Source: a virus (taxonomy: Duplodnaviria > Caudoviricetes). Taken from it: DNA of 64,000 nucleotides. The stretch spans positions 1-64,000 of the IMG/VR virus record IMGVR_UViG_3300012344_000013; one strand, 5' to 3'. Below the pieces are notes generated by a model. That model was not told the DNA's origin. It did no database searches and saw nothing but the letters and a program-made list of their open reading frames with translations. The translations under genes were made by a program, and so were the position numbers. This document shows positions 19,632 through 28,950 of the stretch, one piece after another. The stretch's first letter is position 1, and every line of letters begins with the position of its first letter.

Positions 19632-19940
19632 ATGACAGAAATAAAAATCTACACCCTTGACGGACAAGAGATACAAGAAAAAGATTGTGACCTTACCCTT
19701 GGACAAATATCAGCGGGTGGAACAATAGAGATAGAAGGAAAAATGACCTCTTGTAGATATTATATAACTTACTCTAATGAGCGACTTATTGAGATATATA
19801 AGGGAAAATTAAGAGATACAGACTATGTAGTGGCTAAGATAGCAGAGGGAGTTGCTACTAAGGAAGAGTATGCTGATGTATTGGCTGATAGGGTTGAGTG
19901 GCGGAAACGGATAAATGAGTTGGAAGAGGTTAAAAAGTAG
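19632..19940 (+). CDS. Tail-fibre assembly chaperone-like protein (paralog 1)
   Basis: 'LRDTDYVVAKIAEG.AT.EEYA.VL..R.EWRKRINELE'; ATG 19632 follows SD GAGGTG. Confidence 0.65.
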   Translation: MTEIKIYTLDGQEIQEKDCDLTLGQISAGGTIEIEGKMTSCRYYITYSNERLIEIYKGKLRDTDYVVAKIAEGVATKEEYADVLADRVEWRKRINELEEVKK

Positions 19941-19952
19941 CTAAATTTAATA
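19940..19952 (+). promoter_or_regulatory. Putative late promoter GCTAAATTTAATA
   Basis: Recurrent intergenic motif; followed by the AAGAGCTTCT/AGAAGCTCTT hairpin and a TTGTATA motif at 20004. Confidence 0.5.
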
Positions 19953-20053
19953 TAAGAAAAGAGCTTCTTAGGATATATTTCTTATAGAAGCTCTTATATA
20001 ATATTGTATAAAATAATAAGGATAAATTCAACTGAAAGGAGGCTATTTGCAAA

Positions 20054-20992
20054 TTGGCTAAATTAAAAAATTTATCTTTGAATGATTCTATTATATTTGA
20101 AGAAGGTAGCGATAGAGGACTATTTACTCAAGTTACTACTGCTAAGGGAAGTAGTTGGATTTCTAATAATTCCTTAGCAATATTGAGTATTCTTCAAGAT
20201 AATATATCGCTCAAAATATCAGATATAGGTATTAAAACTTTTACTATAAATGGTAACACCTTAAATACTACAACCGCTGGTAATTTAACTAATGTTGATT
20301 TTACTGATAGTAATTTTAGTAATTATATTACATCAGGTACTGTTAAACAAGGTTTAGTTTCTAGAAGATATAGACTTACTAAATACTTTAATATAAGTAA
20401 TTTTAAGTTTGGTATTTTATATGTATTAGATGATATAATTGATTTAGAACTAAGTAGCGATTATGCTAATAATATTCCAAAGGGAATTTATATAGTGCAA
20501 TTAAATACTTCAGGCCAAATAATTACTAGAGGTGCTTCTGAATATTCTTCTTTAACTAACTGGAATGCTGTTTTTGATAATCCGTTTTTAATTGCAACGG
20601 ATGCTAAAGTAAGTTTATACGAATATAGTATTAAAACAAAAGGTAAACGTGAAGATTACGTTAATGAGTATTATATAGCTCATAATAATGGTATAAAGGA
20701 ATTATATATGAGGGTATTCTTCACAGGCCCTTTTAATTATATGGTTTATACTGGAGGGTTAAATTACTTTAGAACAGGTTCATATACATATAGTGATTCT
20801 ACTTTTTTTAATTCGAATGCAGATGGATTACATCCTATTGACATGGATGTGATATGTGGATATAGTGATGTGCCTAGATGGTTTTCCGGACGTTCTATGC
20901 CTTCTGCAACAGAAACAAATTTTATTGAATTTATTACGGGCAATAGTGATACTAATTCCGTAACCTTTTGGTTACACATAATACAGAGGTGA
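20054..20992 (+). CDS. Short tail fibre / second receptor-binding protein
   Basis: TTG start with SD AGGAGG; C-terminal tip 'YYIAHNNGIKELY' parallels that of 16689; followed by a chaperone paralog. Confidence 0.6.
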   Translation: MAKLKNLSLNDSIIFEEGSDRGLFTQVTTAKGSSWISNNSLAILSILQDNISLKISDIGIKTFTINGNTLNTTTAGNLTNVDFTDSNFSNYITSGTVKQGLVSRRYRLTKYFNISNFKFGILYVLDDIIDLELSSDYANNIPKGIYIVQLNTSGQIITRGASEYSSLTNWNAVFDNPFLIATDAKVSLYEYSIKTKGKREDYVNEYYIAHNNGIKELYMRVFFTGPFNYMVYTGGLNYFRTGSYTYSDSTFFNSNADGLHPIDMDVICGYSDVPRWFSGRSMPSATETNFIEFITGNSDTNSVTFWLHIIQR

Positions 20993-20996
20993 TTAG

Positions 20997-21302
20997 ATGA
21001 ACTATTATACATTTGATGGTAAGAAGATTACTAAGAAAGTAGCAGACCCTAAAAAAGGTTATATATCTATAGGTACTATAAGAGAAAAAGGAGAAATAGT
21101 AAGTTGTTATTACTACGCTCCATATACTACTCAAGAACTAATAAATCAGTACAAATGCAAATTAGCTAATACAGATTATATTTCTGCTAAAATAGCAGAT
21201 GGTGCTGCTACAAGAGAAGAGTATGCTAAAGAACTTAAACAGAGAGCAGAATGGCGTAAGCAAATAAATAAACTAGAAGAAGAGCTTAACAGCAATGTTT
21301 GA
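20997..21302 (+). CDS. Tail-fibre assembly chaperone-like protein (paralog 2)
   Basis: 'LANTDYISAKIADGAATREEYAKEL.QRAEWRKQINKLEE', clearly homologous to 19632..19940. Confidence 0.65.
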   Translation: MNYYTFDGKKITKKVADPKKGYISIGTIREKGEIVSCYYYAPYTTQELINQYKCKLANTDYISAKIADGAATREEYAKELKQRAEWRKQINKLEEELNSNV

Positions 21303-22069
21303 TATATTAGAAGATATTAAATATTACGGCTATGGCAAAATAACTAACGATAGAGATATATTTAGTAAAACAACTACAGGTGTACCTTTCTATGATGATA
21401 TCTTAAATGACCCTTCTTACATGGAGAAAACAAAGAATTTAGTAGGTAAAGTAGTAATGATGACACCTACCAAATATTTTGAAGAATGCGGTAAGATATT
21501 TAATAGTAATGCTAAGAAATCTCTCGATATGGTTAAAGCAGATACAGAAGTAACTGATGAAATCAAATCTGTTGTCTTAGATTATAAATATAAACTACCT
21601 ATGCCTTATCTTAATTATGCTAGTAATGAACAAGAAGGTAGGCATAGAATGTATGTAGCAGGGGGAATTACTTGGTTGGAATACTCTTCAGCCTGTATTG
21701 GTAGTTGATTATGCAGATAAAGAAAGAGCTGAAAGAGATTTACAAGCACAGGAAACAAAAGCTATTTAAAGAAAAATACGTAAAGCAGTAGATAATGCTC
21801 TTAAATATAAATACAAAGATTTTGAAGAATTCAAAGAACAATTGCAATGGTCATTAGATGAAGAGTTTGATAAAGAAGTAGAATTTTCTTTAGAGAAATC
21901 TAATGATGAAATTACAGTTGAAGTAGATTATGCAAAATATACTTTCGACTATGAAGATATTGAATTCAAATCAAAAGAAGAACCTGATGATTTACCCGAA
22001 TTTACTGATGAAGAAATAGAAGAACTAAGTAAGCTAGACATAGACGAATTATTAAAGAGATTAAATTGA
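21295..22069 (+). pseudogene. ParB/sulfiredoxin-like protein gene interrupted by an extra G (21661-21665) and an in-frame TAA (21767-21769)
   Basis: Removing one G gives QEGRHRMYVAGELLGWNTLQPVLVVDYAD... in the same frame as ORF 21842..22069, with one TAA in between. Confidence 0.65.
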
Positions 22070-22097
22070 TTATATACTATAACAAAAGAAAAGTCAA
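22069..22097 (-). promoter_or_regulatory. Antisense sigmaA/sigma70-type promoter TTGACT-N17-TATAAT
   Basis: Minus strand: -35 at 22097-22092, -10 at 22074-22069; shares TTAGTTGACTTYTCTTTT with the promoter at 56268. Confidence 0.65.
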
Positions 22098-22134
22098 CTA
22101 AAATAAATACAAAAGAACAAATATTTTTCTCTAA

Positions 22135-24171
22135 ATGGAAGGAGTTGAGCGGGTGATACCTGATAACTTTGAAGGTTTAACAGAACAAGAGAAAAAATTG
22201 GCAATGCAAATGTTAGAAGAATTCTCTAAAACAGGAGATTCTAAAACATTCGAAGAAATAAAATATCAAGATTATGAAGAAATTCCAGTAGATATAGAAA
22301 CATTTTTACATGATAGAAGATATCTAGGAAATGGGTTGTATGGTGAAGATGGGAAGTTTACTGTATTCCCATATTGGGTAGAAACATTAAAAAAAGTTTT
22401 TCCTAATAACTTAGATACTGCGTATAGAACAGTAGTATTAAGTGGTGGAATCGGTTTGGGAAAAAGCTTTGTAGCTGCTATAATGGTACTTTATCAATTA
22501 TATAGAATGATGTGCTTAAAAGACCCATATGTGCATTATGGATTACAGCCTATTGATAAAATATCTTTTTCATTTATGAATATAACGTTAGATGCATCTC
22601 GAGGAGTAGCGTGGGATAAAGCTCAGCAATTATTACAATCTTCAGAATGGTTTATGTCTAGAGGTACTATTACTGGAACTACAAATGTAGTATGGAATCC
22701 TCCACGTGGTATTGAACTTATAGCAGGTTCTATGCCTCGACATGTAATAGGTAGAGCAGTTTTTAGTTCCTTTTGTGATGAAATTTCCTTTCAACCTAAT
22801 TCAGATGTTGAAAAGCAAAAGAAAAAAGCAAAAGAACTAGTTAGTACTTTAGATGCTCGTATGCAATCGCGATTTATGAAGGGCGAGTATAATCCTACTC
22901 TAAATATACTTGCATCTTCTAAAAGAACAGACCAATCTTTCTTGGAAACTTTTATAGAAAGTAAAAAGAAAAATGAAAGTAAAACTACTTTAATTATAGA
23001 TGAACCACAGTGGGTTATACGTACTGATAAAGATAGTCCTAATAAGTTTTGGGTTGCTGTTGGAAATAAATTTCTTAATTCAGAAGTATTACCTAAAAAT
23101 ATATCAGAATCTGATTTAGATATTTATAGAAATAAAGGTTATTCTTTATTACACGTTCCTATGGGTTATTACGAAACCTTTATGGACGATATAGATATTG
23201 CTTTAACAGATATAGCAGGTATATCTACATCAAATACATCTAGATATTTTAATGGTCCTAGATTACTAGCAGTTAAAAATTATCAATTAAAAAATCCTTT
23301 TACTAAAGAAATAATAGAAGTAGGTAATGGCCCTGAGGATACTACTCAATATTATAATTTCTTTGATTTAAGCAATATTCCTTCTGAATTAAAATCTAAA
23401 CCACTATTTATACATATGGATATGTCAATAAGTGGAGATAAAACAGGTATTGCAGGAGTTTGGATAAAAGGTAAAAGACCTCCTAAAGAAGGAGAAGCTC
23501 CGTCAAAAGATTTATATTATCAATTAGCATTTGGAGTATCTATAAAAGCTCCTAAAGGATATCAGGTTTCTTTTGAAAAAAATAGAAGATTTATCTATTG
23601 GCTAAGAGAACAGGGCTTCAATATTCGTGGGATTTCTACGGATACTTTCCAAAATGCAGCTATTGCACAAGAATTAGTTTCAAAAGGATTTAACTATAAA
23701 ATAGTTTCTGTAGATAGAGTTACAGATAGAGTTTGTCAGCCATATCAATATTTGAAATCTACTATATACGAAGAAAGATTTGAAATGTTTGACTGTAAAT
23801 TACTAACAGATGAGTTATTGGGATTAGAAAGAGATTCTAATGGTAAGATAGACCATAGTGCTGCTTCTATAAACTCAAAAGACTTAGCAGACGCTGTATG
23901 TGGCAGTACTTATAATGCATCTTTACATGCTGAAGAATTTGCGTATGATTATGGTGAATCCTTAACTACTATGTTAGATTCTAATACATCTACAGAAGAT
24001 ACTATACGAGAGCAAATAAATATAGATTTTGAAGAAGAATTAAAAAAATCTATTAACTTTAATAATATACAAAGACCTGCTATGTCTTTAACAATAGGAG
24101 AACCTACTCTTAACAATAACAATGAATTTTCAGATAATTACTACATGTCACAAGGCATTATAGTTATCTAA
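22135..24171 (+). CDS. terL: Terminase large subunit (T4 gp17-like)
   Basis: Walker A GGIGLGKS, Walker B FCDE, nuclease motifs HMDMS / KIDH...SKDLADA; GTG at 22153 after AAGGAG may be the true start. Confidence 0.9.
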   Translation: MEGVERVIPDNFEGLTEQEKKLAMQMLEEFSKTGDSKTFEEIKYQDYEEIPVDIETFLHDRRYLGNGLYGEDGKFTVFPYWVETLKKVFPNNLDTAYRTVVLSGGIGLGKSFVAAIMVLYQLYRMMCLKDPYVHYGLQPIDKISFSFMNITLDASRGVAWDKAQQLLQSSEWFMSRGTITGTTNVVWNPPRGIELIAGSMPRHVIGRAVFSSFCDEISFQPNSDVEKQKKKAKELVSTLDARMQSRFMKGEYNPTLNILASSKRTDQSFLETFIESKKKNESKTTLIIDEPQWVIRTDKDSPNKFWVAVGNKFLNSEVLPKNISESDLDIYRNKGYSLLHVPMGYYETFMDDIDIALTDIAGISTSNTSRYFNGPRLLAVKNYQLKNPFTKEIIEVGNGPEDTTQYYNFFDLSNIPSELKSKPLFIHMDMSISGDKTGIAGVWIKGKRPPKEGEAPSKDLYYQLAFGVSIKAPKGYQVSFEKNRRFIYWLREQGFNIRGISTDTFQNAAIAQELVSKGFNYKIVSVDRVTDRVCQPYQYLKSTIYEERFEMFDCKLLTDELLGLERDSNGKIDHSAASINSKDLADAVCGSTYNASLHAEEFAYDYGESLTTMLDSNTSTEDTIREQINIDFEEELKKSINFNNIQRPAMSLTIGEPTLNNNNEFSDNYYMSQGIIVI

Positions 24172-24184
24172 AAGGAGGAATAGA

Positions 24185-26029
24185 ATGAGTCCAAATGAGA
24201 ATACTCCATTTGAGTATGATAATAATATTTATAATAAACCTATAAAGGCTGTACCTGCTCCTCCAAGAGAGATAGGTATTGATACTGATAATAATTTTTA
24301 TCATAATATAATAGATGCATATCAAGCATCTTCTCTTAATTTAAGTGCTATTGATGCTTTTACAAGAGTAGCACAAACAAGAGAAGAAGTATATTCTTTA
24401 TTAGATACTATGACGGAAGATTCTATTGTAGCAACAGCGCTTTCTATTTATGCAGCAGATGCTACTGAATATAATGACCAAGGCAGAATAGTATGGTGTG
24501 AATCTTCTAATGATGAGGCTGCTAAATATGTAACATTTCTATTAGATACTTTGAATGTAGATAAGTATGCGTATCAATGGGTTTATAACTTATGTAAATA
24601 TGGAGATGTTTATGTAAGACTTTATAGAGAGTCTGAAAATGAGGACCCTATATTTGGTAAGAAACAAGTATTACAGGAAGATGTAAAGATAAATGCATTC
24701 AAAGACAGTGATAAATATATTCATTATGTAGAAATGATTAAAAACCCTGCTGAAATGTTTGAATTAGTAAGAATGGGTAAAACAGTAGGATATATACAAG
24801 CAAAGGTCCCTGTAAATCAATTTAAGACAGATACTCTATTAGATAATAATTATTTCAGATATAACATCAATAGAGGAGATGTAGATGTATATCAAGCAAC
24901 TGAATTTGTACATGCTACTCTTGATGATGTATCTAATAGAACAACAGAAGAAGTAGATATATTTACAGATGATTCTGATAATCCCAGTGCTAAATATACA
25001 GTAAAAAGAGGTCAATCATTACTCTATAATTTATTCAAAGTATGGCGTGAAAAGATGCTTCTTGAAAATTCTGTAATGCTTAATAGAGTAACCAAATCTT
25101 CTATAACGAGATTATTACAGGTAGAAGTAGGGGATATGCCTAAAGAGCAAGTTACTAAAACTATGAGTAGAATTAAAACTCTTATAGAACAAAAGTCAGC
25201 TCTTAATTTAGATAAATCAATGACAGAATATACTAATCCTGGACCTATTGAAAACACAGTATATATGCCTACGCACAATGGCGTTGGTGCTATAACAATG
25301 CAAACAGTAGGTGGAGATGTAGATGTAAAAGGATTAGCTGATTTAGACCATATAATGAATCAATTCTATGGTGCTTTAGGTATACCAAAGCAATTTTTGG
25401 GCGACCTCTCAGACAATGCAGGATTCAGTGGGGGTGCTTCATTAGCTCAAATATCTGCTAGATATGCTAAGACAATAAAGAGAATTCAAAATTCTATTTG
25501 CTGTATGATAACTGATTTAGTAAATCTAATGCTTATCAATAAAGGCTTAGATAATTATGTAAATGCATTCACCATTAAAATGCAGTCACCTGCTACACAA
25601 GAAGAATTAAATAGAATGAATAATAAACAAACACAATTATCTAACATATCGGATATAATGAATCTTGTAGGCGATATTCAAGATGATAGTACTAAATTAA
25701 AGATACTTAAAAATCTTTTATCTACAGTAGTTACTGACCCTGAAGTTATTGCGTTTGTACAAGACGAAATTGATAGAATAGAAGCTGAGGGTGAAGAAAT
25801 TTCTGATATGCCAGATATATCTGGAGAAGATGACTCAGAAGATATAAATATAGATATAAATCATAAAGGACCTTCTCCTAATATAGGTGGAGAACCTTCT
25901 ATTGATTTAGGAAGTACAGAAACTTCTACTGAAGAGCCTGAGGCTGCTGAAGCAGGTGGCTCAGAAGAAACTATACTACCGTCACCGGCAGATTTAGGAA
26001 TGGACTTTACTGATTTAGATAATATGTAA
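24185..26029 (+). CDS. Portal protein (T4 gp20-like)
   Basis: Follows TerL; 'LCKYGDVY', 'LLENSVMLNRVTKS...EVGDMP', 'ALGIPKQFL', acidic tail. Confidence 0.85.
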   Translation: MSPNENTPFEYDNNIYNKPIKAVPAPPREIGIDTDNNFYHNIIDAYQASSLNLSAIDAFTRVAQTREEVYSLLDTMTEDSIVATALSIYAADATEYNDQGRIVWCESSNDEAAKYVTFLLDTLNVDKYAYQWVYNLCKYGDVYVRLYRESENEDPIFGKKQVLQEDVKINAFKDSDKYIHYVEMIKNPAEMFELVRMGKTVGYIQAKVPVNQFKTDTLLDNNYFRYNINRGDVDVYQATEFVHATLDDVSNRTTEEVDIFTDDSDNPSAKYTVKRGQSLLYNLFKVWREKMLLENSVMLNRVTKSSITRLLQVEVGDMPKEQVTKTMSRIKTLIEQKSALNLDKSMTEYTNPGPIENTVYMPTHNGVGAITMQTVGGDVDVKGLADLDHIMNQFYGALGIPKQFLGDLSDNAGFSGGASLAQISARYAKTIKRIQNSICCMITDLVNLMLINKGLDNYVNAFTIKMQSPATQEELNRMNNKQTQLSNISDIMNLVGDIQDDSTKLKILKNLLSTVVTDPEVIAFVQDEIDRIEAEGEEISDMPDISGEDDSEDINIDINHKGPSPNIGGEPSIDLGSTETSTEEPEAAEAGGSEETILPSPADLGMDFTDLDNM

Positions 26030-26147
26030 GTTTACAATAGATTTTAATGCAAGAAAGCATTTTATTATAGTAGCCTATATAAATATATAACTAGTACTTA
26101 TAAATGCTTTCTTGGTTAATTTTCTAAATAAACTACAATAGATTTTT
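26030..26147. repeat. Intergenic palindromic element, copy B
   Basis: Direct repeats TACAATAGATTTT (26033, 26134) flank a perfect 13-bp inverted repeat CAAGAAAGCATTT/AAATGCTTTCTTG (26050-26114). Confidence 0.65.
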
Positions 26148-26181
26148 AACTAAGTTTGTTATACAAAATAGGAGAATTTAT

Positions 26182-26643
26182 ATGATAAGTAAAAATGATT
26201 GCTTACTAATGCTTTATGATATTAAAAATAACGGAGTAAACACTGATATAGCTATAAAAGAACTTTTAGAGAATAATGGCCCTACTGTTAATGTAATAAC
26301 ATTTATAAATAATAATAGACCTTTAGAATTAAAAGCATTTTATGAGAAATTAAGAAAAAGCTATAATCAAAAAAAATCTAGTCTTTATATAAATATTTGC
26401 AAATCAGATGAACAAGAACCTAAAGATATATTAGTAACTTTATCTTCATTATTGACTCAGATATTTCTATTTGCTAAAACATTAGATAATAATGAAATGT
26501 TTATAAAACATTCAAGAGCTAATGAAATAACAAAAGTAGTTAGTAATTATCTAAAAGATTATAATCTAACAAATTGCGTTAGATTACTTCAATTGATAAA
26601 AGCAGATATGAAGATATTGGAAAGCATTAGTCAAAATAACTAA
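26182..26643 (+). CDS. Hypothetical helical protein (head module)
   Basis: SD AGGAG, 153 aa, no recognised motif. Confidence 0.6.
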   Translation: MISKNDCLLMLYDIKNNGVNTDIAIKELLENNGPTVNVITFINNNRPLELKAFYEKLRKSYNQKKSSLYINICKSDEQEPKDILVTLSSLLTQIFLFAKTLDNNEMFIKHSRANEITKVVSNYLKDYNLTNCVRLLQLIKADMKILESISQNN

Positions 26644-26648
26644 TGAAA

Positions 26649-26944
26649 TGGTTAAATTAACCAATGTATTGGTTAATTTATACAAAGTTATTAGTTATAC
26701 CAAACAAAAGCATCAAAAAATCAAAGAAAAATGCCTAAAATTTTTGTATTTATAATTGTTATAAATAATTATAATAATAAAATTATAATAATTATATAAA
26801 TATAATTTAGTGTAAATTAGTTAAACTAATTTACACCATACTAAATAATATATAAATTATAATTATAAAATATTATAAATATAAATAATTATAAATATAA
26901 ATAATTATAAATATAGCATGAGAAATGCATACTTGTTAGTATGC
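26649..26944. other. Extremely AT-rich region with palindromes and tandem repeats (candidate replication origin or packaging/terminus site)
   Basis: 13-bp-arm hairpins at 26653-26680 and 26810-26836; ~2.7 copies of TTATAAATATAAATAA (26873-26915); small hairpin at 26927-26944. Confidence 0.45.
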
Positions 26945-26976
26945 CATATTAGTATAAAAATAAAAGGAGTATTATT

Positions 26977-27267
26977 ATGGAACTTAATTTTTTTGATTGG
27001 ACTACATTGGCAACCTGTGCGGGTGCAACGGCAATTGTTGCTATTATAACTCAGCTTATTAAAGAAGTAGGATTTATAAAAAAAATTCCTACTCAATTAC
27101 TTAGTTATATTATAGCACTTATAGTTATGTATCCTGCATTTTATTTTACAGGACAGCTTAATGTATCTTCAGCAGTACTAATTCTTTTTAATGGCATTGT
27201 AGTATCATTAGCAGCTAATGGTGGTTATGAATTAGGTAATAAAATAGTAACTTCTATTAAAAAGTGA
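26977..27267 (+). CDS. Holin (about 3 TM helices)
   Basis: 96 aa, hydrophobic segments, 'KKIPTQLLSYIIAL', 'SLAANGGY', basic C-terminus. Confidence 0.7.
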   Translation: MELNFFDWTTLATCAGATAIVAIITQLIKEVGFIKKIPTQLLSYIIALIVMYPAFYFTGQLNVSSAVLILFNGIVVSLAANGGYELGNKIVTSIKK

Positions 27268-27297
27268 ATTTTTATTCAAAATTCTTAAAAATCAATA

Positions 27298-27310
27298 GCT
27301 AAATTATATG
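27298..27310 (+). promoter_or_regulatory. Putative late promoter GCTAAATTATATG for the protease/capsid operon
   Basis: Recurrent motif; followed by the 13-bp hairpin AATAGGGTTAATA/TATTAACCCTATT. Confidence 0.55.
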
Positions 27311-27394
27311 AGATAAAAAATTTTAATAGGGTTAATATTTTGTATTAACCCTATTGCTAATTTTAGTAATTATCTAATAGAAGAGGTTTAGTAA

Positions 27395-28927
27395 ATGGAG
27401 AATACAGGAGAGTTAACTTATAATGATTCTGTAAAAGCGAATAAAAAGAATGAAACCATTTTAGGTAGACTTGAAGGTCCTTGTGCTGACTGTATCTCCT
27501 CTACGAGAAATGGTAGAAAGTATTCTGATAAATTATGGACTAAAGTATTTAGTAATCCTATTGTAAAAGAAACTATTGCTAATGGTGGTATAGTAGGAGA
27601 ATTTGGACATCCTTTAGATGGACGTACAGAAGTAGAACCTGAAAAGATTGCCATTATTATGCCAGAAGCCCCTGAAAGAGGAAAAGACGGTTTACTTATA
27701 GGTAAGTTTGATATATTAGATACTCCTAATGGAAGAATACTTAATTGTCTTTGTAAGTATGGTTATAAGATTGGTATTAGTTCTAGAGGTTCAGGAGATA
27801 TTATAGAGAGCTTTACAGGAGAGGAAGAAGTAGACCCTGAAAGCTTTGAGTTCTCTTGTTTTGATGCTGTTTTAGTTCCTTCAGTAAAAGCAGCTAGAAT
27901 GAAATATGAATCTTTAACAGAATCATTAAATAAAGAAAATAATATTAAAATAGCTTTAACAGAAGCTTATAATAATTCATCAGAAGATGATAAGAAAATT
28001 ATGAAAGAGACTTTAGATTCTCTTAAAATTGACCTTACATCTAAAGAAGAGGATGACGAAGTAGAGAAATCTAACGATGCAGTTGATAATATCAAAGCAG
28101 ATATGGTAGACGAACTACAGGAAGCTCTAAAAGAAAATCAGCAGTTACAAAATCAGCTTAAAGAACTTCACGAGAAGTTATCAGTTAGTTATACTAAGGA
28201 AGCTACATTAAATGAAGAATTAAGCAGATATAAACAAGCAACTGCAAATCTAAGCGAATCTGTAAAACAGGTAAAAGCTTTAAGAGGAAGAATAAAATCA
28301 TTAGAGCATTCATTATCTGAAAAAGATGATAAAATAAATTTGAAAGAAAGTCTTATAGAAAATTATAAGACTAAAACTAAAGAAAAAGAAGATGTTAATA
28401 AATCATTAAATGAGTCAATCGTATCTTATAAAAAGAAGATTGCTTTCTTAGAATCTAAAAATATGAGTCTTAATAATAGATTCGATGATTTTAGAGAAGA
28501 ATCTAATAAAGAAAAAGAAAGTTTAACAGAAGAGTTAGACAGTCTTAAAGCAGATATTAGATTAAAGCAATCAGAGTATACTAAAAAGATAGCAAAATCT
28601 AACAATTTAGTAGAACATTATAAGAAAATAGCAAATACAGCAGTTGATAAATATATTGACTTGCAAGCAGTTAAATTAGGAATAACATCAAAAGAGATTA
28701 AGAATAGGCTTGAAGAAGGATATAATTTCTCAGATATAGATAGTATATGTGAAGAACTTCAAAGCTATAAACTTAATATAAGTAAATTACCTTTTGATAT
28801 TTCCAGAAAAAATACAAATACAAAAGTAGAGGTAAAAGAATCAAAAGAACCTATTACAGAAAGTTTAGACATGCAATATGATGATTGCATAGATGATGAT
28901 TTACTAATACTTGCTGGATTAAAATAA
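27395..28927 (+). CDS. Prohead protease (T4 gp21-like) fused to a coiled-coil scaffold
   Basis: 'NGRKYS', 'GEFGHP', 'ILDTPNGRIL', 'GISSRGSG', 'FDAVLVPS'; long C-terminal coiled coil with many LxE-S sites. Confidence 0.9.
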   Translation: MENTGELTYNDSVKANKKNETILGRLEGPCADCISSTRNGRKYSDKLWTKVFSNPIVKETIANGGIVGEFGHPLDGRTEVEPEKIAIIMPEAPERGKDGLLIGKFDILDTPNGRILNCLCKYGYKIGISSRGSGDIIESFTGEEEVDPESFEFSCFDAVLVPSVKAARMKYESLTESLNKENNIKIALTEAYNNSSEDDKKIMKETLDSLKIDLTSKEEDDEVEKSNDAVDNIKADMVDELQEALKENQQLQNQLKELHEKLSVSYTKEATLNEELSRYKQATANLSESVKQVKALRGRIKSLEHSLSEKDDKINLKESLIENYKTKTKEKEDVNKSLNESIVSYKKKIAFLESKNMSLNNRFDDFREESNKEKESLTEELDSLKADIRLKQSEYTKKIAKSNNLVEHYKKIANTAVDKYIDLQAVKLGITSKEIKNRLEEGYNFSDIDSICEELQSYKLNISKLPFDISRKNTNTKVEVKESKEPITESLDMQYDDCIDDDLLILAGLK

Positions 28928-28950
28928 AGAATTTTTTAAGGAGGCCAATT

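Noticed and set aside
16689-21302. Diversity-generating retroelement or invertible fibre switch
   Set aside because: No reverse transcriptase, no near-identical TR/VR pair, no recombinase or inverted cassette in the window.
21767-21769. Stop-codon reassignment (alternative genetic code)
   Set aside because: Genes are full length in code 11 and end in TAA, TAG and TGA; this in-frame TAA is isolated.
26873-26915. Tandem repeat as a CRISPR array or as T4 late promoters (TATAAATA)
   Set aside because: No spacers and no cas genes; TATAAATA is expected by chance in near-pure AT sequence.
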